Source of the DNA: Deltaproteobacteria bacterium CG11_big_fil_rev_8_21_14_0_20_45_16
GTDB lineage: Bacteria > Bdellovibrionota > UBA2394
Length of the DNA: 64,000 bases
Direction of reading: 5' to 3'
Assembly: GCA_002787535.1 (NCBI GenBank)
Contig: PCXB01000072.1
Coordinates: forward strand, 1,828-65,827
Part shown: positions 45,004 to 53,432 of the stretch, piece by piece
Numbering within the stretch: position 1 is the stretch's first letter
How the letters are laid out: each line of letters starts with the position of its first letter
Translations under genes and position numbers: made by a program
The notes under the pieces: generated by a model
Databases searched by the model: none
Told to the model about the DNA's origin: nothing
What the model saw: only the letters and a program-made list of their open reading frames with translations

Positions 45004-45060
45004 GGGGTCAGGGCGGTTAAGTGCCAGGTTAATAACCTGGCACTTAACCGCCCTGACCCC
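45004..45060. repeat. 57-nt perfect palindrome (28-bp arms around one central A)
   Basis: GGGGTCAGGGCGGTTAAGTGCCAGGTTA-A-TAACCTGGCACTTAACCGCCCTGACCCC. Lies in the divergent intergenic region, 12 nt upstream of the tlyA-type ATG at 45073 and 50 nt upstream of the porin-like ATG at 44953. Confidence 0.95.
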
Positions 45061-45072
45061 TATGGTTCGGGG

Positions 45073-47190
45073 ATGCGGCTGGATCAGTGGTTGGTTGAGA
45101 ATGCTTTTTTTGATTCGCGTGAGAAGGCGCGGCAGGAAATTTTGGCGGGCCGGGTTCGGCAAAAACCTAGTGGTATCGTCATGGACAAACCCGGCCAGAA
45201 AGTGCCCAAAAATTTGGAAGTCGAAATAGAAGCCAAGGCACGCTTTGTCTCGCGAGCGGGAGACAAATTGGAGGGTTTACTCGAAAACCATCCCATCGAA
45301 TTTCGCGATCGCTGGGTTTTGGATGTGGGCTCCTCTACCGGTGGGTTTACTGACTGTGTCTTGCAGCGAGGAGCGGCAGGTGTTTACGACGTCGATGTTG
45401 GGACTCACCAGCTTCACGAAAAAATTAGAAACGACTCTCGCGTTAAGATATTTGAAGAAACGGATATTCGGGAAATTGATCTGAGTCAGCTTCAGCCACC
45501 TCCCGACTATGTTTTGATTGATGTGGCCTTTATTTCGATTCGTCTTTTTATTCGAAAGTTACTCAACCAATTTCCCCAGGCGACTTTTATTATTTTATTT
45601 AAACCTCAGTTTGAATCCGGACGGGAGATCCCGAAGAAAAAGGGTATTGTCGCCGACGAAGACCGCATGGAAGCCCAAAAGGAAATGCTTCAGTTTTTGG
45701 AGGGCTTAGGATTTAATGCCACTATAGTCGAGGATAGCAAGTTGAAGGGGACAAAAGGAAATCAGGAGAGTTTTATCGTTGGGCAGCTTCAAATACCCGC
45801 GCATGTTTTTAGAACTTACGATATTCGGGGGCATGCTGAGACGGACCTTAAATGCGATGTCATCGAACGGATTGGCGTCGTTTTGGCTCGGAAAGTCATA
45901 GCCGATGCTCAGAGTCGCTTGATTTTGCGCCGTCCCCGCGTTGGAATTGGTCGAGACGCTCGGCTTTCGTCTGATCGAATTTTGGCGACGCTTGCAAAAG
46001 GTCTTTCGCGTTATCCAGTGGATTTGATTAATCTTGGGTCGTTACCAACTCCGGTTGTTTACTTTGCCAATCATCGTCTGGATCTCGATGCTTGTTTTCA
46101 GATCACGGCCTCACATAACCCTGGCGAGGACAACGGACTTAAAATGATGATCGGCCAAAACACGTTATTTGGTGAAGCGATTCAGGGGATCGGAGACGAG
46201 GCGGCAGAATTGATGCTCGCCGATTCTCCTGTCGATGTGAAATTCGTCGAAAATTGGAATGGGGAACTCAAACGTGAGTATCTCAAATTTTTGCACGATC
46301 AATTCACATTCAAAAGAAAATTTAAACTCGTTGTTGATACGGGAAACGGCATGGCGGGCGCGTTGGTGCGGGAAGTCTTGACGCCTTACTGTAGCGAGAT
46401 CGAGATTCTGTATGAGGGAATCGATTGCAGCTTTCCCCACCATCCGGCGGACCCGACCGTGGCAGAAAATTTGAAAGATCTTCGTAACACGGTGAAAGAG
46501 CGTGGAGCTGAGTTGGGCTTGGCCTACGATGGTGATGGCGATCGAGTGGGCTTAGTGAGTTCGTCCGGACGTATTTTTTGGGGCGATGAGATCTTAATGC
46601 TTTTAGCTGAGAAGGTTTTGCGTGATCAGCCGGGAGCTGTGATTATTGGCGAAGTCAAATGTTCGGAAAAACTATTTCAAATGATTCAAAGTCGTGGCGG
46701 CAAATCTGAAATGTATAAGACGGGGCATAGCCTGATTAAGAAGCGAATGAAAGAAGTGGGGGCAGCGATTGCTGGGGAGATGAGTGGGCATTTATTTTTT
46801 GCTGATCGCTACTTTGGCTTTGACGATGCGCTTTACGCGAGTCTCCGAATTTTGGAAGTTATAGATGAATTCAATATTGATCTGGATCGCTGGATCGAAC
46901 AGTTCCCATCGGGCGTAAGTACTCCCGAAATTCGAATGGAATGCACACGAGAAGAAAAGGCTTGGTTAGTTAATAAAGTTATTGAGTATTTTAGGCAGGA
47001 GCCCGAGGTGCGTATAAATTCCATCGATGGGGTTCGTGTAAGCTTTGAGGACGGGGCATGGCTTTTGGTGCGAGCGAGCAATACCCAAGAAGTGGTTGTG
47101 ATACGAATCGAAGCACCGGATCAATCTCGTTTAGATTCCCTAAAATCGGAATTGAGTAAAATTATCAGTAAAGAGATTCCTTATGTTTGA
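45073..47190 (+). CDS. Fusion protein: TlyA-type S4-domain rRNA 2'-O-methyltransferase plus phosphomannomutase/phosphoglucomutase
   Basis: 705 aa from the ATG at 45073. N-terminal part: S4 domain MRLDQWLV...REKARQEILAGRV and SAM motif VLDVGSSTGGFTD, ending near GNQESFIVGQLQ. It then runs directly into PMM/PGM (VFRTYDIRG, active-site TASHNPGEDNG, DGDGDR). No stop codon at the junction (~45790-45810). Confidence 0.85.
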   Translation: MRLDQWLVENAFFDSREKARQEILAGRVRQKPSGIVMDKPGQKVPKNLEVEIEAKARFVSRAGDKLEGLLENHPIEFRDRWVLDVGSSTGGFTDCVLQRGAAGVYDVDVGTHQLHEKIRNDSRVKIFEETDIREIDLSQLQPPPDYVLIDVAFISIRLFIRKLLNQFPQATFIILFKPQFESGREIPKKKGIVADEDRMEAQKEMLQFLEGLGFNATIVEDSKLKGTKGNQESFIVGQLQIPAHVFRTYDIRGHAETDLKCDVIERIGVVLARKVIADAQSRLILRRPRVGIGRDARLSSDRILATLAKGLSRYPVDLINLGSLPTPVVYFANHRLDLDACFQITASHNPGEDNGLKMMIGQNTLFGEAIQGIGDEAAELMLADSPVDVKFVENWNGELKREYLKFLHDQFTFKRKFKLVVDTGNGMAGALVREVLTPYCSEIEILYEGIDCSFPHHPADPTVAENLKDLRNTVKERGAELGLAYDGDGDRVGLVSSSGRIFWGDEILMLLAEKVLRDQPGAVIIGEVKCSEKLFQMIQSRGGKSEMYKTGHSLIKKRMKEVGAAIAGEMSGHLFFADRYFGFDDALYASLRILEVIDEFNIDLDRWIEQFPSGVSTPEIRMECTREEKAWLVNKVIEYFRQEPEVRINSIDGVRVSFEDGAWLLVRASNTQEVVVIRIEAPDQSRLDSLKSELSKIISKEIPYV

Positions 47191-47701
47191 GTTGTTTAAG
47201 GGCGAACAGATAAAGATTGATTCGAATGATGTGATTCAAGTCTACCAGGCCTTAAATCAAGTTCAGATTTCGCCGGCTGCCGGAAGGGGACCGGAAGCGA
47301 CGATGGCGTGGTTTGTTTTGGCTTCTATTAGTGCGGATCGAAATCTACTGTATATTGGTTTGAATTTTGACCCTAGTGGAAACCGAATGATCTATGTTTC
47401 TGACCCTTTTCCGACGGAACAGAGTGCGGAGTATTTGGCGCAGGCCGAGGCCTTTGCAGGGGAGATGGGTTTTATGATGGACGATTTGCGTCTTGGAAGA
47501 GTTTCGGTGGAGGAGCGAAGCGGGATTTTGAGGAGGGTTCCCTTCTTCTATCAAGATCAAAGTAGCTTCATGAGTGCTTTAAGCGATGAGGAGAGGACTT
47601 CGGTTACTGGCTCACAGCAGCCTAATCAGACCCGTGAAACGACCGCCGAGAAATACTCCTTTTTTCTCGAGCAGTATGTAACAATGCTAGCGATGCTTTA
47701 A
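47183..47701 (+). CDS. Hypothetical protein
   Basis: 172 aa. 8-nt overlap with the upstream gene. No motif recognised. Confidence 0.6.
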   Translation: MFELFKGEQIKIDSNDVIQVYQALNQVQISPAAGRGPEATMAWFVLASISADRNLLYIGLNFDPSGNRMIYVSDPFPTEQSAEYLAQAEAFAGEMGFMMDDLRLGRVSVEERSGILRRVPFFYQDQSSFMSALSDEERTSVTGSQQPNQTRETTAEKYSFFLEQYVTMLAML

Positions 47702-47732
47702 AGGAGCTTAAACTTAAAAAGGAGGGCTCGCG

Positions 47733-48527
47733 ATGAGACGATTTAATAGCCAATATCAACTATTCCTAATGCTTATTTTAGGGGGCCTGATAGCAGCCTG
47801 TTCTTCTAAGAAAGAAGAGCCGGCTTCAAGTGCCATGACGGAAAAGGCGGGCCTTCAATATCAATTTGCCTATGAGTTTTATCAAAGAGGGGATTTGGTT
47901 CGAGCCTTGGGCGCAAGTCTTGAAGCCAAAGCTGAAAGTCCTAAGAATATAGAGATTATGAATCTTCTGGGATTGATTTACTTTCGGCAGGGAGAATTTG
48001 AAAAGGCTTTGGCCGAATTCACTGAGGCAACGACGATCAGTCCAAAAGCGGCTGACGTGCTTAATAATATGGGAACACTTTACTATCAACAGCGGAAGTA
48101 TGATCTAGCTTTGGAGACTTTTGATCGTGCCTTGCAGAACCCGCTCTATCTTTATCCTGAGCGTATTTATAACAATATAGGATTGGTTTATGCCGCTCAG
48201 GGGAATATTGAGATGTCGCGAGGGAGTTATGAAAAAGCAATTTCCCTGAGACCTGATTATTATCTACCGTACCAAAATTTGGCCAAACTCTTGATATCAC
48301 AAAACCAATTGAAAAGGGCCAAATCGCTCTTGTTGGAGGCTGTCAATCTTTGTAAGGGCTGTTCAGAACCCAACTATCACCTTGCTTCGACTTATTTAAA
48401 AGAAGATAAGAAAGAGCGAGCGTCGGAATTTTATAAAAAGGCCTATGACGTTGATCCCAAGGGATATTATGGGATGTTGGCCAAAAAGAGCTTAATAGAT
48501 TTGGGAAAGATGAAGGATGATGAGTGA
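47733..48527 (+). CDS. TPR-repeat lipoprotein (PilW/PilF-like)
   Basis: 264 aa. Lipobox LIAAC. About 6 TPR units (AL..FD.AL...P). Sits upstream of rodZ, as pilW/pilF does in many Proteobacteria. Confidence 0.6.
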   Translation: MRRFNSQYQLFLMLILGGLIAACSSKKEEPASSAMTEKAGLQYQFAYEFYQRGDLVRALGASLEAKAESPKNIEIMNLLGLIYFRQGEFEKALAEFTEATTISPKAADVLNNMGTLYYQQRKYDLALETFDRALQNPLYLYPERIYNNIGLVYAAQGNIEMSRGSYEKAISLRPDYYLPYQNLAKLLISQNQLKRAKSLLLEAVNLCKGCSEPNYHLASTYLKEDKKERASEFYKKAYDVDPKGYYGMLAKKSLIDLGKMKDDE

Positions 48528-49326
48528 AGTCGAGATTGAAGGCTTAAGAGAAGTTACAGAGAGTTTAGGGGAATTTTTAAAGCGACATCGCGAGGCTTCC
48601 GGAAAAAATCTTGAAGAAATTGCTCGGGTTACACGAATTTCGAAGCGGTATCTTTTGGCACTAGAAGAAAATGATGTCGATAATATGCCTGAAGAGGCTT
48701 TTGCCAGGGGTTTCTTAAGAAACTACGCCGTCGAAGTAGGTCTCGATCCAGAAGAGTGTTTGGATCGCTTTGATCGATTTAAGCGCTCCCAGCTTCCCAC
48801 TCAGATTAAAGACTTGCGTCGTATGAAGAAGCAGGACTTTGTGTTGGGAGAAAATGCGGGGAGCTCCGTTGATTGGAATCTATTGCGATCACCCAAGCTG
48901 ATTTTTGGAGGTGTAACCGCTCTGGTTGTGGCGCTCGGTTTGGTCGTTTATTTCTTGAGTTTTCGAACATCGATCGATGGCGAGGATACGGCTCAATCGA
49001 TTGAGATTGATGAAGGGGCGACCGTTACAGCTGAGCCTGAGAACGCGGCTGTCGAACCTTCTCAAAAAGGTCTTGTGACGCCGGTTCCGCCCTCGGTTCT
49101 TCAGATTGAGGTGAAGGAAACGCTGCGGTTGGTGGTTAGAATCGATGAGGGGGCAGCTCAAGAAATCGTGATTGAGCCAAACGCAGTCAAAAACTTTGAT
49201 GTTTATCGACAGATCGAAATAAAAAATCTTAAGAAAAATACTGTTTCGTTAAAGTACAACGGAAAACCAATTGAGTTTAGTTCCACGACCCTAAAGTTGT
49301 TCAACCAATATATGTTTTCAGAGTGA
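48517..49326 (+). CDS. rodZ: RodZ-like cytoskeleton protein (Xre-type HTH, TM, C-terminal beta domain)
   Basis: 269 aa. HTH LGEFLKRHREASGKNLEEIARVTRISKRYLLALEEND. ARGFLRNYA. TM IFGGVTALVVALGLVVYFL. C-terminal DUF4115-like part. Confidence 0.75.
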   Translation: MMSEVEIEGLREVTESLGEFLKRHREASGKNLEEIARVTRISKRYLLALEENDVDNMPEEAFARGFLRNYAVEVGLDPEECLDRFDRFKRSQLPTQIKDLRRMKKQDFVLGENAGSSVDWNLLRSPKLIFGGVTALVVALGLVVYFLSFRTSIDGEDTAQSIEIDEGATVTAEPENAAVEPSQKGLVTPVPPSVLQIEVKETLRLVVRIDEGAAQEIVIEPNAVKNFDVYRQIEIKNLKKNTVSLKYNGKPIEFSSTTLKLFNQYMFSE

Positions 49327-49345
49327 TGCTGGAAGAGGTGGTCCA

Positions 49346-50107
49346 GTGAAGGCTCTCGTGATCAGAAAACGAGATTTTGGAGAATCTGATCTCATTGTAG
49401 AATTTTTGTGTGAAACAGGGGCTCTCCATTCTGGATTTGCCGCTTCCGCCAAGAGATCGCGTCGACGTTTTCCCCATCAATTTTTTTTGCCCGCCATTTA
49501 CAATGTCGAATGGACACGTTCGGCCCAGGGGGGACAATTGAAACGTATTGCATCCTGTGAGCTGGATCAGGCTTTTCCAAAAATTGCCGATCATATTGAA
49601 GATTATGCGCGCTGGGCAAGTTTGTTGGAATGGATGGCGCGAAGTCATGATGAGCTTGGGCAGAGCCTTAATTATTTTGAAGCTCTATGCGGTGTACTTC
49701 ACTCGAGTGAGTCGAATCAGTTTCATACCGCTTATCACCGCTTTCTTATTGAAGAGATGCGGCGCCATGGTGTGAATCCGGATTTGAAGGATTGTGGCTC
49801 ATGTCATAAGGCCATTCATGCCGAGTCAAATTTTTCGGTCTTAGAGGCCAAAGTTTTTCATACCGATTGTCGGCCAGGATGGAGGCTAACGCTTAAGGCT
49901 CGGGATTTCTTTTGCCACGTTCTTTCCGATGAAAGTCGAATTGAAGATCCCCCGTTTCTTTCTACGGAAGATCTCCAATGTCTGGATGCCACAACTCTTG
50001 CCTTTCTTACAACGCAGCTGGGGCTTGAACTAAAGTCACAGAATTTTCTTCGCCAAATAGCTGAGTCAAGCCTTCCAACTGCAAGGGATCAGTCTGCATC
50101 ATTCTAA
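49346..50107 (+). CDS. recO: DNA repair protein RecO
   Basis: 253 aa, GTG start. OB-fold N-terminus KALVIRKRDFGESDLIVEFL. Cys pair CGSC...H..C in the zinc-binding region. Confidence 0.8.
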   Translation: MKALVIRKRDFGESDLIVEFLCETGALHSGFAASAKRSRRRFPHQFFLPAIYNVEWTRSAQGGQLKRIASCELDQAFPKIADHIEDYARWASLLEWMARSHDELGQSLNYFEALCGVLHSSESNQFHTAYHRFLIEEMRRHGVNPDLKDCGSCHKAIHAESNFSVLEAKVFHTDCRPGWRLTLKARDFFCHVLSDESRIEDPPFLSTEDLQCLDATTLAFLTTQLGLELKSQNFLRQIAESSLPTARDQSASF

Positions 50108-51893
50108 GTTTGAGAGTGATTTCAAGAATCTTCTTCTGAAGCGGTTCCTCCCAAGCTTCCTCCAAGACTTCACAGCGATTCTCTTTCTCACAATTGGGGG
50201 CGATGGTTTCCCAATCTTGCGTTTCAACTAACTCCGCTACTTTCAGAATGAGCTTCGCGTTAGCAAGGCTGGCCATTTGATTAAGTTTTGTCGCGGGGCT
50301 GCCCTGCATTCTGGCTACGATAATATTTAAAGTTTCGCTTTTGACTAGTCGAGCTGCCAGCAAAGTTAGAATTTCGTCATCAATGTCTGACGCCTCAGAA
50401 CGATTGGCAACCATCATACGCAAGCCAGATGCTGACGATTCAAATTGCGGTTGTATGGCATCAGCGATGACATTAAATCGCTCGATATCGTCACTGAGCA
50501 GATTATTGGCATACAACAATTGTTCCCAATCGCGCGTCCATTCCTCTGACTTTTCGAATTCAATTAGCAATCGGCGATGTTCTTGCTCCGTCTCGAAGTT
50601 ATTTGAATCAAGGAGAGCTTTATGAATCTGGTCGGATGATCCATCTGTTGCCAGAGCAATACGCTTGGCAGCGTAGGCAGCTTTGAGACTATTGATAAGT
50701 CCATGGCCAGTATCTCTGTCGAAATTTTTGGCACCCAGATCCCAGGCAGTACGATAAAGAATTCTAATCAAGTCCGTATTTGTTGCTTTGGGCAGGATGG
50801 CGCGCAAGTCGGCAAGGCTGCCTGTGACGATAGGCGTGGCCATACTTGTTCCAGACCATGCGACGAGACTTTCGCCCTTAACTTTCCAAAAGCCAGGCCC
50901 TCGGGAAAGGATAGCTTCACCTGGAGCTAAGATGTTGAGTCCCTTCCCATAGTCGCTAAAGTCCGATCGCAAGCCCGATGGCGAGAACGAGCCAACTGTT
51001 ACTTCGGCTGGGAATGTTTGATAGAGCGGATTCTCATTGAATGACTCTGATTCATTTCCAGCAGCCAGAACAAGAATAGAATTGTATCGATGGGTAAGGG
51101 CTTCTATGGATTGAAACATCTCGGTATCGACAGGAAACTTCATGCTAACATTGACAATTGAGTTCTGAGGGTCGTGGCGAAGCAAGCTTGCAAAAACCTC
51201 ATTCATCCCTTCTAAACTCCGGTAGCTTGGAATATTGTTCACCGATAGGCTGATCACGCGAGCTTGGTCAGAAACACCCAGCGGGCTATGACCGGCTCCT
51301 ATTGTGCCTGCGACGTGAGTCCCATGCCATTTGCTTGTCTCGGAACTCAAAATAAACTCATTCTCCCGAGGGTCTACTACCTCGACGACTTCTCCCCAAA
51401 ATATATGCGAAAGGCCTAGATCAAATTTTTCGGTGCATCGATCGCCCATTAAGGCGCACTGAATTTTGGAAGGTTTTCGTTTTTTGATCATTCGAGGTTT
51501 GAGTTTGATATCCGAAACGACTTCGTCCGCGGCTTGTCGAACTTCGGAATCAATTACAAAGACATCAACAGATTCACTTACATCCGAAAGATATTCTTCC
51601 TTGGCAAAGGCAGATCCAGTGATCTTCGTGTGCCAGAGCGCGGGAAGTAGGCCCTCGCGACTAAAAATTGGAATATCTTCATAGTCCAGTTCCGGCCGAG
51701 AAAGCGCGTCCAAACTTATCTTCCATTTGGGAGGTTGCTCGAATGGAACAAGGCCGGTAGTTGGTTCCTTTGATTCCATCCCGACAATACCTCTCGCTTT
51801 CACCGATTGGCTTATACTGCTGCCTATGATTATTATTCCCGCAAGCTGGTAGACGCCAGCTCTGCAAAAAGACCCCCTCATTGATCCCCTCAC
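50007..51893 (-). CDS. S8-family (subtilisin-like) serine peptidase with a long helical C-terminal extension
   Basis: 628 aa. Catalytic motifs VFVIDSEV (Asp), HGTHVAGTIG (His), GTSMATPIVTG (Ser). The 3' end overlaps the recO 3' end by 101 nt. Confidence 0.9.
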   Translation of the reverse strand: MRGSMRGSFCRAGVYQLAGIIIIGSSISQSVKARGIVGMESKEPTTGLVPFEQPPKWKISLDALSRPELDYEDIPIFSREGLLPALWHTKITGSAFAKEEYLSDVSESVDVFVIDSEVRQAADEVVSDIKLKPRMIKKRKPSKIQCALMGDRCTEKFDLGLSHIFWGEVVEVVDPRENEFILSSETSKWHGTHVAGTIGAGHSPLGVSDQARVISLSVNNIPSYRSLEGMNEVFASLLRHDPQNSIVNVSMKFPVDTEMFQSIEALTHRYNSILVLAAGNESESFNENPLYQTFPAEVTVGSFSPSGLRSDFSDYGKGLNILAPGEAILSRGPGFWKVKGESLVAWSGTSMATPIVTGSLADLRAILPKATNTDLIRILYRTAWDLGAKNFDRDTGHGLINSLKAAYAAKRIALATDGSSDQIHKALLDSNNFETEQEHRRLLIEFEKSEEWTRDWEQLLYANNLLSDDIERFNVIADAIQPQFESSASGLRMMVANRSEASDIDDEILTLLAARLVKSETLNIIVARMQGSPATKLNQMASLANAKLILKVAELVETQDWETIAPNCEKENRCEVLEEAWEEPLQKKILEITLKLRMMQTDPLQLEGLTQLFGEENSVTLVQAPAAL

Positions 51894-52056
51894 AAAAAAT
51901 CCCCCCTATGACATCAGATGTTAACGCAATGCACTCAGTAAATTCAAGAAAATTCATGTGTCGTCATAAAAAGTCTCAAACAAAGCCAACAATTAGATTT
52001 CCAGAGGCTTTTTGATGATGTTTAGTCAGAGAAATTGCTAATTAATCGAGGAGTTT

Positions 52057-53403
52057 ATGGCTGCAAAACCGATCCCCGACCTCATGGCCAAATTGGTATC
52101 TTTAAGTAAGCGGCGAGGTTTTATCTTCCAGTCGTCAGAAGTCTACGGAGGATTGAATTCTTGTTACGATTATGGGCCTCTAGGTGTTGTGCTCAAAAAC
52201 ACGGTCAAAAACATTTGGCTCAATAGCATGACTCGCGAACACGATAATATTGAGCCACTGGACAGTTCGATTCTTATGCATCCGAAAATTTGGGAAGCAT
52301 CCGGGCATGTCAGTAATTTTAGTGACCCCCTTGTTGATTGCAAAACCTGCAAGGCGCGATTTCGCGCGGATCAACTTAAGACCGCGACCTGTGCCAGGAA
52401 ACCCTCATTGAAGGCGAGCGAGTGCGGTGGCGAATTCACAGAGCCTCGAAACTTTAATTTGATGTTCAAAACTTTTATGGGACCGCTGGAAGATGAGTCG
52501 GCGATCGTCTATTTGAGGCCCGAGACAGCTCAGGGTATCTATGTCAATTTTTTGAATGTGATGACAAGTTGCCGGCACAAGATTCCGTTCGGCATTGCGC
52601 AGATCGGGAAAGCCTTTCGAAACGAGATTACGCCAGGGAACTTTATTTTTCGCATGCGCGAGTTTGAGCAAATGGAGATGCAGTACTTTGTTAAACCTGG
52701 GACCGATATGGATGCCTTTGAAGAGTGGAAGGAAAAGCGCATTCAGTGGCACCTTAAGCTGGGTCTTAAGAAAGAGAAGCTTCGTTTTCATGAACACGGG
52801 CCCAATGAGTTGGCACATTATGCAAAAGCGGCATTTGATATTGAGTATGAGTTTCCATTTGGATGGCAGGAGATTGAAGGCGTGCATCATCGAAGCAATT
52901 TTGATTTGAGCCAGCACGAAAAATTTTCGGGTAAGAGACTAAGTGTCTTTGATCAAGAGACTCGCGAAACTTATGTGCCCTACATTATAGAGACGTCGGT
53001 GGGCTGCGATCGAGCTACACTGACTTTGCTTGCCGATGCCTATGATGAGGAGACAGTTGCGGCCAAAGACGGCGAAGAGGCTGGACCAAGAACAGTTCTT
53101 CGCTTTGCCCGTCATATCGCCCCTTATAAAATCGCCATTTTTCCTTTGATGAAAAAAGAACCCCTTATGGAAAAGGCGCAAAAGATTTTTGCTGATCTTC
53201 GGAAGACTTGGGCTGTTGAATTTGACGAGGTGGGAAGCATTGGTAAGCGCTACCGTCGCGTCGATGAAATCGGTACGCCCTTTGCTTTGACGGTCGACTT
53301 TGAGGACGGCGTGACGATTCGAGATCGCGATACGATGACTCAAGTGCGTATTGATGATTCGAAGATAAGAGATTTTTTTGAAAAGGAATTTTTGAGAGTT
53401 TAA
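52057..53403 (+). CDS. glyQS: Glycine--tRNA ligase (alpha2 homodimeric type)
   Basis: 448 aa. Class II motifs ([35 protein letters not shown]). Anticodon-binding C-terminal domain. AGGAG RBS. Confidence 0.95.
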   Translation: MAAKPIPDLMAKLVSLSKRRGFIFQSSEVYGGLNSCYDYGPLGVVLKNTVKNIWLNSMTREHDNIEPLDSSILMHPKIWEASGHVSNFSDPLVDCKTCKARFRADQLKTATCARKPSLKASECGGEFTEPRNFNLMFKTFMGPLEDESAIVYLRPETAQGIYVNFLNVMTSCRHKIPFGIAQIGKAFRNEITPGNFIFRMREFEQMEMQYFVKPGTDMDAFEEWKEKRIQWHLKLGLKKEKLRFHEHGPNELAHYAKAAFDIEYEFPFGWQEIEGVHHRSNFDLSQHEKFSGKRLSVFDQETRETYVPYIIETSVGCDRATLTLLADAYDEETVAAKDGEEAGPRTVLRFARHIAPYKIAIFPLMKKEPLMEKAQKIFADLRKTWAVEFDEVGSIGKRYRRVDEIGTPFALTVDFEDGVTIRDRDTMTQVRIDDSKIRDFFEKEFLRV

Positions 53404-53432
53404 ACGTTGAATTTTAAAGGGAGGGATAAACG

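Noticed and set aside
44953-45072. The N-terminal 40-aa extension of the TlyA-PMM ORF given in the ORF track.
   Set aside because: The extension would start on the very base where the divergent porin-like gene starts, and it reads through the 57-nt palindrome. The ATG at 45073 gives the canonical S4-domain start MRLDQWLV.
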